From NCBI GenBank assembly GCA_015059155.1, contig SVAX01000004.1, forward strand, positions 1 through 58,286: 58,286 nucleotides of DNA, written 5' to 3'. Source of the DNA: Bacillota bacterium. Its GTDB lineage: Bacteria > Bacillota_I > Bacilli_A > RF39 > UBA660. The notes beneath the pieces are model-generated. The model made no database searches. It saw only the letters and a program-made list of their open reading frames with translations, and was not told where the DNA came from. Shown here piece by piece: positions 1 to 8,869 of this stretch (positions within the stretch are counted from its first letter, which is position 1; every line of letters starts with the position of its first letter). The translations under genes and the position numbers were made by a program.

Positions 1-81
1 TCAACAGATGATATGTGTAGGCAAAAAGAATATGATATCAATAGTAAAGTTATTTTTGGGTATGGTACTCCTGCTTATTAA
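1..81 (+). CDS. 3' end (partial) of CHAP-domain cell-wall hydrolase typical of conjugation modules
   Basis: Frame 1 reads STDDMCRQKEYDINSKVIFGYGTPAY*; this GYGxPAY end resembles CHAP proteins of Firmicutes ICEs. Confidence 0.6.
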   Translation, partial: STDDMCRQKEYDINSKVIFGYGTPAY

Positions 82-88
82 AATTAAA

Positions 89-119
89 AAGGTTATTTCT
101 TATTTTGAGAAATAACCTT
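89..119 (+). terminator. Inverted-repeat terminator after CHAP gene
   Basis: aaggttatttct-tattttg-agaaataacctt, 12-bp perfect stem. Confidence 0.7.
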
Positions 120-141
120 AATACATATTAAGGAGTTTTAG

Positions 142-179
142 TTGGGAATATAGATTATTTTTTGATTTAATGCTATACT
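142..179 (+). promoter_or_regulatory. SigA-type promoter, copy 1 of a duplicated promoter block
   Basis: TAGATT(151-156)-N17-TATACT(174-179) with extended TG; ttgggaatatagattattttt is repeated at 1038-1058. Confidence 0.6.
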
Positions 180-311
180 TGTTAAAAACAAAATATTAAA
201 ATCTACTAATAGTAGATAGATGATAAAAGTAAAATATCAAACTCTACTATTAGTGGGTGTAAAAATAATAATAAATATAATATATTTTTTGTTGAAAGGA
301 GTTAATAAATT

Positions 312-776
312 ATGAATCAAGAAAAAATAGGAAAGTTTATTGCAAGTTGTAGAAAAAAACAAAAATTAACACAAGAACAACTTGCTGAAAAATTAGGTAT
401 AACTTACAAAGCAGTAAGTAAATGGGAAACAGGAAAAGGTTTACCAGACGCTTCAATAATGATGGATTTATGCAGTATTTTAGAAATAAATGTCAATGAT
501 TTGTTGAGTGGCGAAAAGGTAGTTATAGAACAATATATAGATAAAGCAGATGAAAATTTAATAAAACTTCAAAAACAAAAAGAAATTGGGATTTCCTCTG
601 CTAGATGGACTCATATTACTACAATTATTATTTTTTTAATTTGGAATGCTATAAATGTAATTAAATATGGAATAACACAAGCAATAGATATGCCAGAATT
701 TATTGTTATGAATATTATTACATTAACTTATTTTATAATTTATATATTTCTTTTAAGAAGAATAGAAAGAAAATAG
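312..776 (+). CDS. XRE-family HTH regulator with two C-terminal TM helices
   Basis: LTQEQLAEKLGITYKAVSKWETG HTH; hydrophobic C-terminal segments; RBS aaggag. Confidence 0.9.
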   Translation: MNQEKIGKFIASCRKKQKLTQEQLAEKLGITYKAVSKWETGKGLPDASIMMDLCSILEINVNDLLSGEKVVIEQYIDKADENLIKLQKQKEIGISSARWTHITTIIIFLIWNAINVIKYGITQAIDMPEFIVMNIITLTYFIIYIFLLRRIERK

Positions 777-786
777 GAGGATATTT

Positions 787-996
787 ATGAGAAAATGTTT
801 GAGATGTGAAACTGAAATGGTAGAAGATTTAACTTTAATGGTAGCAAATGGATTTGCTATTGACGTAAGGGAAAAAGGTGCTTTTAAAAATGCGTTAGAA
901 AAAATTAAATGTGCAGTATGCCCTGATTGTGGATATACTGAAACTTACATAGAAAATACAGAAAAAGTAAAAAAGTTAGTTAGAAAAGATAAATAG
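787..996 (+). CDS. Small Zn-ribbon protein
   Basis: CLRC...CPDC motifs; RBS aggagg. Confidence 0.8.
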   Translation: MRKCLRCETEMVEDLTLMVANGFAIDVREKGAFKNALEKIKCAVCPDCGYTETYIENTEKVKKLVRKDK

Positions 997-1006
997 TGAA
1001 ATTTAT

Positions 1007-1037
1007 AAAGCAGATCATAAATGATTTGCTTTTTTTA
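1007..1037 (+). terminator. Intrinsic terminator, copy 1
   Basis: aaagcagatcat-aa-atgatttgc-ttttttt; near-identical copy at 5050-5080. Confidence 0.8.
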
Positions 1038-1075
1038 TTGGGAATATAGATTATTTTTAAGTTTTATGCTATAAT
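1038..1075 (+). promoter_or_regulatory. SigA-type promoter, copy 2
   Basis: TAGATT(1047-1052)-N17-TATAAT(1070-1075), extended TG. Confidence 0.65.
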
Positions 1076-1128
1076 TTTTTTGAAGAATACTGAAAGAAAA
1101 AATAACATTTTATTAGTTGGGAGGAAGT

Positions 1129-1506
1129 ATGAATAAAATAAATATAAGATATGTAAAAAAGACTATAAGTTCTGCTGTTATATCTGGATTACTTGCATAT
1201 TTTCTATTTAAGACAAACGATTTATTATCAAAAATAGTAATTTCATTGTTTTTAGTTTTTGGAATAAGTTTTTGTATTACTAATCTATTATTAGTATTTA
1301 AAAAAAATAAATTAGCAGAAAAAGTTAGTAAAGTATATGTTATAGCATTTTTTATTTATTGGTACGGATTTTTAATATATTGGGACTATGTAAGTATATT
1401 AAATAAAGATTTTATGTCGGTTTTAATTTCATTGATAATGTGGTTTGCAGGAGGATATTTCATTTATAAACGTTTCTTTAAGAAAAAAGAAGAAAATAGG
1501 AGGTGA
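1129..1506 (+). CDS. Small 4-TM membrane protein
   Basis: Four hydrophobic segments; ATG at 1129 after ggagg. Confidence 0.8.
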   Translation: MNKINIRYVKKTISSAVISGLLAYFLFKTNDLLSKIVISLFLVFGISFCITNLLLVFKKNKLAEKVSKVYVIAFFIYWYGFLIYWDYVSILNKDFMSVLISLIMWFAGGYFIYKRFFKKKEENRR

Positions 1507-1510
1507 TGAG

Positions 1511-2161
1511 ATGAAAAAATGGTTAAAAATTACTATCGGAGTTGTTGGTGGAATTGTTGTTTTATTTGCAATAGGTATTTATATATTGATAAATAAAGGT
1601 TATGGAATATCTGTTGGAAGATATTTAGAAGTTAAAGATGGTACTGCAATGCTTGTTCGTGGTAATTCTCCAATAGTATTATCAAGCCAACATAATGGTG
1701 ATATGTTCTATGATTTAGATATTGGTGATAAAATATTAGTTATTCATACAGGAATAGCAGAAAGTTATCCAGCACAAACAGGTGCAAAAGCAATATTTAA
1801 AATTGGAAATGGATCAAGTGCTGATATCCCACAAAAAGTTATTAAAGAATTAAATGAATTAGGTTGGATAGAAACACAAGAAATGCCAATTAGTCTTGAA
1901 GATGTAAATATAAAAATACAAGAATATTTTGAATTAGATAATGTTGATAAAAGTAATTTTAAAAATAGTTATGTAGATAGAGAAAAAGAAGTTGTTGCAG
2001 TGGAATTAATTGATAATAGTAAAGTAAAACAAGATGAATTTATTTATAAGGTATTTTCACATTCTACAGGTTCAAAGTATATCAAATATATTAAAGATAA
2101 TGGTATGCTTGAATTTAGACAAGCAGGTGTATCTGGTAGTGCAAGTTCTTATAACGAATAG
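1511..2161 (+). CDS. Membrane-anchored extracellular protein with DUF3221/YobA-like (ESYPAQ) region plus a second domain
   Basis: ATG 1511 after ggaggtga; N-terminal TM; IAESYPAQ motif. Confidence 0.65.
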   Translation: MKKWLKITIGVVGGIVVLFAIGIYILINKGYGISVGRYLEVKDGTAMLVRGNSPIVLSSQHNGDMFYDLDIGDKILVIHTGIAESYPAQTGAKAIFKIGNGSSADIPQKVIKELNELGWIETQEMPISLEDVNIKIQEYFELDNVDKSNFKNSYVDREKEVVAVELIDNSKVKQDEFIYKVFSHSTGSKYIKYIKDNGMLEFRQAGVSGSASSYNE

Positions 2162-2182
2162 TTGTGAAAGAGAGGTAGTTAT

Positions 2183-3055
2183 ATGAAAAAAAATATAAAG
2201 AAAATTTTAATTATAATTGGTGTAATTATACTCATAATTTTATTAGACTCTATACAAGCATTAGTATTTGATAATAATCCATTATTGAAAATAAGAGAAT
2301 ATTATAATGGAGGAAATCTAAATTATAAAGATAAAGGAATATTAGTAGATACTTATTGTGGAATTAACGGCAAAAAAGATACTGTAATAAAAGGATTTAG
2401 TTATTCTTTATCTGATGAAGATACTTTTGAAATAGTAGATAAAACTAAAAATATGGAAGATTTTGCGTGTGATGATGCGTTAGAAGAAATATATGAAGAT
2501 GAAAATTATATATATTATCTACCTTGTATAAAGAGCAGATATATTGAAGTAAGATATAAATCTTTAAGAAGAGAGAACATAATTAGTGCATTAGCAAATG
2601 GAAATATAAGTATTAGTGATTTAGATAAATTTAGTATTGATTACATTAAAGAAGAAAAAAATCAAGAGGAATTACAATCACCTCCAGAATTATTTGTGTA
2701 TATAGATGAAAATGAAAAAGCAAAAGCAATGCTTGGCACATATAGTTGGAAGATTACAAAAGATGGAAAAGAAGAAGTAATAGCAGCAGATTCTAAACAT
2801 CCAAGCCAAATTAAATATAATGATATAAATACATTAAAATTAACTGATGAAAAAGTAAATATAAAATCTACTAATGCAAGAATTTCTAGTGCTAATATTT
2901 ATAATATAGATAAAACAGAAAGTATTAAAAAAATATCTTGGGATAATAGTACAATAATGTTAGGAAACTTAAATGCAGGAGAATATGTTTTAGAAATAGT
3001 TGCAAGTTATTCACAAGGTAAAGTTTATTACGGTGTAAAACTTGTTGTAGAATAA
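2183..3055 (+). CDS. Membrane-anchored multi-domain extracellular protein, unknown function
   Basis: N-terminal basic + hydrophobic anchor; RBS gaggt. Confidence 0.8.
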   Translation: MKKNIKKILIIIGVIILIILLDSIQALVFDNNPLLKIREYYNGGNLNYKDKGILVDTYCGINGKKDTVIKGFSYSLSDEDTFEIVDKTKNMEDFACDDALEEIYEDENYIYYLPCIKSRYIEVRYKSLRRENIISALANGNISISDLDKFSIDYIKEEKNQEELQSPPELFVYIDENEKAKAMLGTYSWKITKDGKEEVIAADSKHPSQIKYNDINTLKLTDEKVNIKSTNARISSANIYNIDKTESIKKISWDNSTIMLGNLNAGEYVLEIVASYSQGKVYYGVKLVVE

Positions 3056-3073
3056 TTTATAAAGGAGTTAGAA

Positions 3074-3400
3074 ATGAAAAAGTATATTAAGGAATTAGTT
3101 ATATATATATTACAATTATTTATGTTTTATATTTTTCCATTGTTTGCAGGTCCGACTGATGCAATGGGAATGGTGTTGCTAATTATTATATCTACATTTG
3201 TTTTGTCGGTAATTATGGGTAGTATTTCAAAAGAAAAAATTAAATATTTATATCCATTTATAGTGGCTGTTATTTTTATACCAACAGTTATGTTATATTA
3301 TAATTCATCAGCGTTGATTCATTCTATTTGGTATTTAGTTGTATCTGCTATTGGATTATTTATTGGAACTGTTATATATAAATTAACACACAAGAAATAA
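3074..3400 (+). CDS. Small 4-TM membrane protein
   Basis: Hydrophobic throughout; RBS aaggag. Confidence 0.8.
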   Translation: MKKYIKELVIYILQLFMFYIFPLFAGPTDAMGMVLLIIISTFVLSVIMGSISKEKIKYLYPFIVAVIFIPTVMLYYNSSALIHSIWYLVVSAIGLFIGTVIYKLTHKK

Positions 3401-3414
3401 TGATGGAGGTAGTT

Positions 3415-4095
3415 ATGAAAAACAAGAAAATTATAATAAGTGTTGTAGTAGTAATTTTGCTAATAATTGCTGGTTGGTTTTTATCAACAGGTGGTGCAAG
3501 AACGGATGTATTTTTAAGAGATTTTAGTTTTGATGAGAAGTGTAATCAAATGACTATTAAAGTTGGAGTTTCTAGTAGTGCAGGATATGTAAGAAAAATG
3601 AAACAAACAAGTGGAAGTATGAATGGTTATTATACCTTTTATTCAACATTTGGTATCAATTCAAGATTAGGTGCAGAAGATACTTTTGAAATACAACTAG
3701 ATAATAATGTAGATGAAATATTTTTCTATACAGGTGGAAAAGGATATACAAAAGTATTAGAAAAAAATGAAAAAGGAGTATGGGTTAAAGTAAACGATAA
3801 ATCTGGTGGATATCAATTAGTTTCTACTTTAAAAAAAGTTCAACACGTTTCAACAGAAATTTTAGTTCAATTTGATGGAGTATTATATGGAAAATCAAAT
3901 GCAATAATAGATTATGCAGGTGGAACAGAAAAAATAGGAGTAATAGATAAAGTTATTGATAGCAACTATGTTCCTAAATTTGATAATGAAACAAACAGGG
4001 AAGAAATAAAAAATGCAGAAGTATATGATAAAACTGATAAAAGTATAGTTTTGTTATATAACAATGAATATGTATTATTTGAAAAGATTTATTAA
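3415..4095 (+). CDS. Membrane-anchored two-domain extracellular protein, unknown function
   Basis: ATG 3415 after ggagg; N-terminal TM. Confidence 0.8.
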   Translation: MKNKKIIISVVVVILLIIAGWFLSTGGARTDVFLRDFSFDEKCNQMTIKVGVSSSAGYVRKMKQTSGSMNGYYTFYSTFGINSRLGAEDTFEIQLDNNVDEIFFYTGGKGYTKVLEKNEKGVWVKVNDKSGGYQLVSTLKKVQHVSTEILVQFDGVLYGKSNAIIDYAGGTEKIGVIDKVIDSNYVPKFDNETNREEIKNAEVYDKTDKSIVLLYNNEYVLFEKIY

Positions 4096-4165
4096 ACTCT
4101 ACGGTTCGTTTGGTGTATTTTTATAATTTTTATATTATAATTTATTTACGAAAGGGGAGATATGT

Positions 4166-5035
4166 ATGAATCAAGAAAAAATAGGAAGATTTATAGCAGA
4201 ACTTCGTAAAGAAAAAGAGATGACTCAAATTGATTTGGGAAACAAATTAGGTATTACTGATAGAGCAATTTCAAAATGGGAAAATGGCAGAGGAATGCCA
4301 GACTTATCATTATTAACACCATTATGTGAAATATTAGATGTTTCAATAAATGAATTATTAAGTGGTGCAAGATTAGATAAGAAAGATTATCAAGAAAAAT
4401 TGGAGGAAAATATTATAAATACGATAGATTATACAGATAAAAAGATTAAGAAAACTAAAAAGATTTTTATTATTACTATATCAGTAATTTTAATGTTTAT
4501 AGTAATGCTTATGGTAATGTATGGTATTGATATAAACAGAATGAGAAATAATAAACCTGTTTTATTTAGCACTTGGGGTTATTCGTATGTGCCTCCTATT
4601 GATTTGAAAGAAGAAGAAATAGAACTTGCAATAATGGATTATCTAATTGAAAAAGGCGATAGTGAGCCTAAACATCACGAAAACGAAAAAACATTTGCTA
4701 GTATGAGAGTGTATTTAATTGAGGAAAAAGAGAGAGATAAACATTATAATATATATGCTTGGGTATTAAAAGAAAAACATTATTTAGAAAATGATGAAAT
4801 AAAACAAGATAGTGGCTCATCAATACCATATAAGTTTGTTGTAAAAAACATAGATGATAAATTTACTGTGACTGATTCAAGAATACCGAGAGATGGAAGT
4901 TATTATTCTGTTGATATGAAAAATATATTTCCAAGTAGTGTAAGAAATGATATGGATGATGTTCATACAGACGGAACAATAGAAAGATTAGAATTGGATA
5001 TTGAACAACAAACAAAATTATATTTTCATAAATAA
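4166..5035 (+). CDS. XRE HTH + TM + extracellular domain (membrane-tethered regulator)
   Basis: MTQIDLGNKLGITDRAISKWENGRG HTH; TM at ~aa 100-120; soluble C-terminus. Confidence 0.9.
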   Translation: MNQEKIGRFIAELRKEKEMTQIDLGNKLGITDRAISKWENGRGMPDLSLLTPLCEILDVSINELLSGARLDKKDYQEKLEENIINTIDYTDKKIKKTKKIFIITISVILMFIVMLMVMYGIDINRMRNNKPVLFSTWGYSYVPPIDLKEEEIELAIMDYLIEKGDSEPKHHENEKTFASMRVYLIEEKERDKHYNIYAWVLKEKHYLENDEIKQDSGSSIPYKFVVKNIDDKFTVTDSRIPRDGSYYSVDMKNIFPSSVRNDMDDVHTDGTIERLELDIEQQTKLYFHK

Positions 5036-5049
5036 TTATTATAAATGTA

Positions 5050-5080
5050 AAAGCGGATCATAAATGATTTGCTTTTTTTA
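5050..5080 (+). terminator. Intrinsic terminator, copy 2
   Basis: aaagcggatcataaatgatttgcttttttta, one mismatch to 1007-1037. Confidence 0.8.
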
Positions 5081-5198
5081 TGGTATAATATGTATAAATT
5101 TAATTTTGCAACCAACTTTCAACAAAAAACAACCTAAAAGTGGTGGTCTGCTACCGGTAGAAAATTATAAAATATAAGCGAAAAGGAGGTAGAAGAAA

Positions 5199-6755
5199 AT
5201 GAATAATAAGTTTTCTGAAAATTTAAAAAAGATTAGAAAAGATAATAATCTTTCACAAGAACAACTTGCTGATGAACTTGGGGTTTCAAGACAAGCAATT
5301 TCAAAATGGGAATCAGCAGTTGCATATCCAGAGATGGATAAAATTATTACTTTATGTGAAAAATTCAATTTGAATATAGATGATTTATTACATAAAGATA
5401 TTAGAGAAGTAAAGGGGGAAGAAGAAAGTAAAAAGAACTTAAATAAATATGTAGATGACTTTTTAAATTTTATTACAAACACTATAAATATGTTTAGTAA
5501 TATGAGTTTTAAAAGTAAATGTAAATGTTTATTTGAACAAATTGTTATAGGAACAGTATTATTAGTAGTTTGTTTGATTATTGGAACATTAGGACAAGAT
5601 TTACTATCCGGAATATTTGGAGTTATACCAGATAAATTATATTATATATTACACTCAATACTTCATTTAGTATATGGAATATTCGCTATTATGAGTTCGG
5701 TTATCATAATGGTACATATATATAAAACGAGATATTTAGATTATTATGAAAAAATAAAAAAAGAAGTTGTAGAACAGGATGAAAAAAATGAAGATGATAA
5801 GATTTTAGATAATTCAGATAAAGATGAAAAAATAGATAAAAAGAATAAGATACTATTTAAAAAGAACGAAGATAAAATTATTATAAGAGATCCAAAACAT
5901 AGTGAATATAAGTTCATAAATGGATTATTTAAAGTTATAGTAGGAATTATTAAGTTCTTTACATTATGTTTTTCAATAATATTATTTGTGACTTTAATAT
6001 GTTTGTTTATTGCATTTATAATTTCATTTTTAACAATTAAAACAGGTATATTTTTTATAGGCTTATTAGTAGCAATATTGTCTGCTGCAATTATAAATGT
6101 AGTATTGATATTACTTCTATTAAATTTTGTATTTAATAGAAAAAATGATAAAAAGAAAATGATATGGTCGTTTGTTATATCACTTATAATGATAGGAATT
6201 GGTAGTGGTTTAGTTTTAGTAGGTTCATTAAACTTTGAATATATTGAAAATGATAAAGATATTTTAAAAACAGAATATATAGAAGTTGATATGAAAAATG
6301 ATTTAGTATTTGGCTACCATTATCCAGAAGTAGAATATATTGAGTCTAATAATGATAATATTAAAATTGAATATACAATAAATAAATATTGTGAGATAAA
6401 TCATTCAAGTTTATCAGATAAAGTAATACATATATGGGCAAGTTGTGATAATCCCATAAAATTAGTAAAAGAAGTAATAAGTAATTTTAATGATAAAAAA
6501 ATTGTTTCAATAAATAATCAACTTCAAGATGTTAAGATATATACTACAAAGGAAAATATTGAAATATTAAAGAAAAACTATAAAGATTATACAGATATTG
6601 AAGTTCAGACACAAAATACAATTAACTCTTACGAAAATAGAATAAATGAATTACAAGAAAAAATTGATGAGTATATTCAAAAAGAGTGGGAATATCAAGA
6701 AGAAATTAACAATTTAAAAGACCAAATTGTTATGTATCAAAACGATAATGAATAA
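5199..6755 (+). CDS. XRE HTH + multi-TM + extracellular/coiled-coil protein
   Basis: LSQEQLADELGVSRQAISKWES HTH; ~5 TM helices; heptad-like C-terminus. Confidence 0.9.
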   Translation: MNNKFSENLKKIRKDNNLSQEQLADELGVSRQAISKWESAVAYPEMDKIITLCEKFNLNIDDLLHKDIREVKGEEESKKNLNKYVDDFLNFITNTINMFSNMSFKSKCKCLFEQIVIGTVLLVVCLIIGTLGQDLLSGIFGVIPDKLYYILHSILHLVYGIFAIMSSVIIMVHIYKTRYLDYYEKIKKEVVEQDEKNEDDKILDNSDKDEKIDKKNKILFKKNEDKIIIRDPKHSEYKFINGLFKVIVGIIKFFTLCFSIILFVTLICLFIAFIISFLTIKTGIFFIGLLVAILSAAIINVVLILLLLNFVFNRKNDKKKMIWSFVISLIMIGIGSGLVLVGSLNFEYIENDKDILKTEYIEVDMKNDLVFGYHYPEVEYIESNNDNIKIEYTINKYCEINHSSLSDKVIHIWASCDNPIKLVKEVISNFNDKKIVSINNQLQDVKIYTTKENIEILKKNYKDYTDIEVQTQNTINSYENRINELQEKIDEYIQKEWEYQEEINNLKDQIVMYQNDNE

Positions 6756-6757
6756 AA

Positions 6758-6795
6758 AAGATTAAAGACTATTCGTGTGAATAGTCTTTAATCTT
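6758..6795. terminator. Bidirectional terminator between convergent genes
   Basis: 17-bp perfect inverted repeat aagattaaagactattc-gtgt-gaatagtctttaatctt. Confidence 0.8.
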
Positions 6796-7027
6796 CTAGT
6801 TTATTTGCGTCAAACAATTTTGAATCATAAAACTCTGACAGAGTAATTTTGAATGTTCTACATACTTTATGTATTATGTATGAACTAGGATTATCTACTT
6901 TGTTCGCCAATAATGCTCTTAAAGTTGATGGGGCGATAGCAGATAATTCAGCAAGTCTGTTAGGGGTGTAATCGTATTTATTACATAATTCAAAAATGCG
7001 TTGACTTAATGCTTCTTTAAATAACAT
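6788..7027 (-). CDS. Small XRE/Cro-like HTH repressor
   Basis: TPNRLAELSAIAPSTLRAL...NPS...IHKVC...ITLSEFY pattern; RBS aggaggtgg. Confidence 0.85.
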   Translation of the reverse strand: MLFKEALSQRIFELCNKYDYTPNRLAELSAIAPSTLRALLANKVDNPSSYIIHKVCRTFKITLSEFYDSKLFDANKLED

Positions 7028-7062
7028 AGAATAAACCCACCTCCTACAATCATTAAAATTGT

Positions 7063-7126
7063 AGCAGATATCTGCTGATTTTATGCGCCGATATCGGTTG
7101 ACTTTTAGTTTTAAGGGTGTTATAAT
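7063..7126 (+). promoter_or_regulatory. SigA promoter with two upstream GATATC-core palindromic operators
   Basis: agcagatatctgct (7063-7076) and ccgatatcgg (7088-7097) abutting TTGACT(7098)-N17-TATAAT(7121). Confidence 0.7.
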
Positions 7127-7219
7127 ATAAATTGTCTATTAAGCAGTACATTTTAGATATTGGTGTACTGTCTTTTTTTTGAAATACAACTTGGGGAAAT
7201 AGATTATAAAGGAGGAGTA

Positions 7220-7744
7220 ATGATAACAATTACTAATGGCGTAGAAGAAATTTCTATAAAAGAGAATATGACAAAGAAAACAAAAAAGGGGATTATTATT
7301 AGTCCGTGCAGAGATTATTGGTACATTGAATTATTTACAGAAGTTAAGAAAGGAAAATATACTAGAATAATAAAAAAACTACCACCAGAGAGTGGTGATG
7401 AATTAAAGAGTTATTATAATCTTGATATTTACTCGGAAAAAGGAATTGTTTTATCAAATAATGATTTTGCAGAAGTTAAAAGACTTTATGAAAATATGCA
7501 AGTTGTAGATATAAAAAGAAAAGAATCAATAATTTTAGCAGCAGCAACATTATTTGCGTATGAATGTTATCAAAACTATTATTTAGAAGAATTATATAAA
7601 GTTCCTAGTGAAGAAATGTTTGAAGAAATTGTTGTTGCTTTACAACAATATAAAGAACTTGCAACTTATAAAGATGAAATATATGCTGTGACTAAAAAGA
7701 TATTAAAAGAAAAATATGAATTAGAAAATTTATTAAAAGATTAA
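7220..7744 (+). CDS. Hypothetical protein
   Basis: ATG 7220 after ggagga; open to 7744. Confidence 0.75.
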   Translation: MITITNGVEEISIKENMTKKTKKGIIISPCRDYWYIELFTEVKKGKYTRIIKKLPPESGDELKSYYNLDIYSEKGIVLSNNDFAEVKRLYENMQVVDIKRKESIILAAATLFAYECYQNYYLEELYKVPSEEMFEEIVVALQQYKELATYKDEIYAVTKKILKEKYELENLLKD

Positions 7745-7758
7745 GGAGTGGAATAAAA

Positions 7759-8418
7759 ATGGAATTTGTAGTAGTGGGATTAGTTGTATTTATTATAATT
7801 TGTTTTTGTTATATATCAGAATATGGTGAAAAGACCAAAACTAAAATTGAAGAATTAAACAAAGAAATAGAAAGATTAAATAAAGAAGTTAAATTAAGAG
7901 ATATCTACAAGAGAGAATTAGAAAGAATAGAATTTGATAAAGAGATTAAAAGTGTTGGAATTGAAAATATGACTATAAGTAAAGAACATAAATATAAAGT
8001 TGTTGGTAAGAAAATACCTAAAATTCTAATAGGCGATTATAATCCTTCTTCTGTAAGAAATACTTGTGGAGTTTTAATGAGAATGGGATTTGATGTAGAT
8101 GTTGTAGAAACTGCCGAAGATGTAATAGAAAAAGTAAAAAGTTTTATGCACTACGATCTAATTATCTCAAACAACGAATACTATGGAAGTAAGCATAAGT
8201 CTAAAATTACTAGCAGTCATCAATTATTAGATGGTTTAAAAGAAATAGAAGATTTTGATACACCTGTAATTGTATTAACAGTATCCAATGATAGAGAAAA
8301 GTTTTTATCTTATGGATTTAATGAACATATCCAAAAAGTTTTAGATGAAGAAAAAGTAATGCAAGTTTTCCCAAAAGTATTAAAAAAATTAAAGTTTGAA
8401 ACAATAGAAAAGCAATAA
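7759..8418 (+). CDS. TM + coiled coil + degenerate receiver (CheY-like) domain protein
   Basis: KILIGD...GFDVDVVETAEDVIEKV...YDLIISN...TPVIVLT...GFNEHIQK receiver pattern. Confidence 0.75.
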   Translation: MEFVVVGLVVFIIICFCYISEYGEKTKTKIEELNKEIERLNKEVKLRDIYKRELERIEFDKEIKSVGIENMTISKEHKYKVVGKKIPKILIGDYNPSSVRNTCGVLMRMGFDVDVVETAEDVIEKVKSFMHYDLIISNNEYYGSKHKSKITSSHQLLDGLKEIEDFDTPVIVLTVSNDREKFLSYGFNEHIQKVLDEEKVMQVFPKVLKKLKFETIEKQ

Positions 8419-8428
8419 GTCATAAGAT

Positions 8429-8869
8429 TTATTGCTTTTTTCTACCTAATAATGAGTCAATAGAGAATGGTTTATATATTCTTGTTAAATTATACAAGAA
8501 TGTAGTAGGTATCAAATTAACTGCATTTTCATAATGAGCATAAGATGCTTGTGTAGTGTTTATTTTACTTGCTACATCTTCTTGCGTTAATTTATGTTGT
8601 TTTCTTAAAAGTTTTAAGTTCTTTGCAATTATATCTAAATTTATTTCTAATGGTAGATAATTTGAATCGTTGTATCGTGTAATACCAAATAAATAATCTA
8701 AACTATAATTGAAGTGATTAGCATATTCAATTAACCTTTTTAGTGGGATAGTATCTTTCCCTGTTTCCCAACCAGAAACAGTAGTAAAATTAACTGATAA
8801 TAATTCTGCGACATCTTTTTGTTTAATATCTAAAATTTCCCTACTTTCTCTTAAATTTTTAATAATCAT
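8429..8869 (-). CDS. Tandem double-HTH XRE repressor
   Basis: Two HTH repeats (IKQKDVAELL..VSGWETG; LTQEDVASKI..YAHYEN); start at 8869 after ggtga. Confidence 0.9.
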   Translation of the reverse strand: MIIKNLRESREILDIKQKDVAELLSVNFTTVSGWETGKDTIPLKRLIEYANHFNYSLDYLFGITRYNDSNYLPLEINLDIIAKNLKLLRKQHKLTQEDVASKINTTQASYAHYENAVNLIPTTFLYNLTRIYKPFSIDSLLGRKKQ

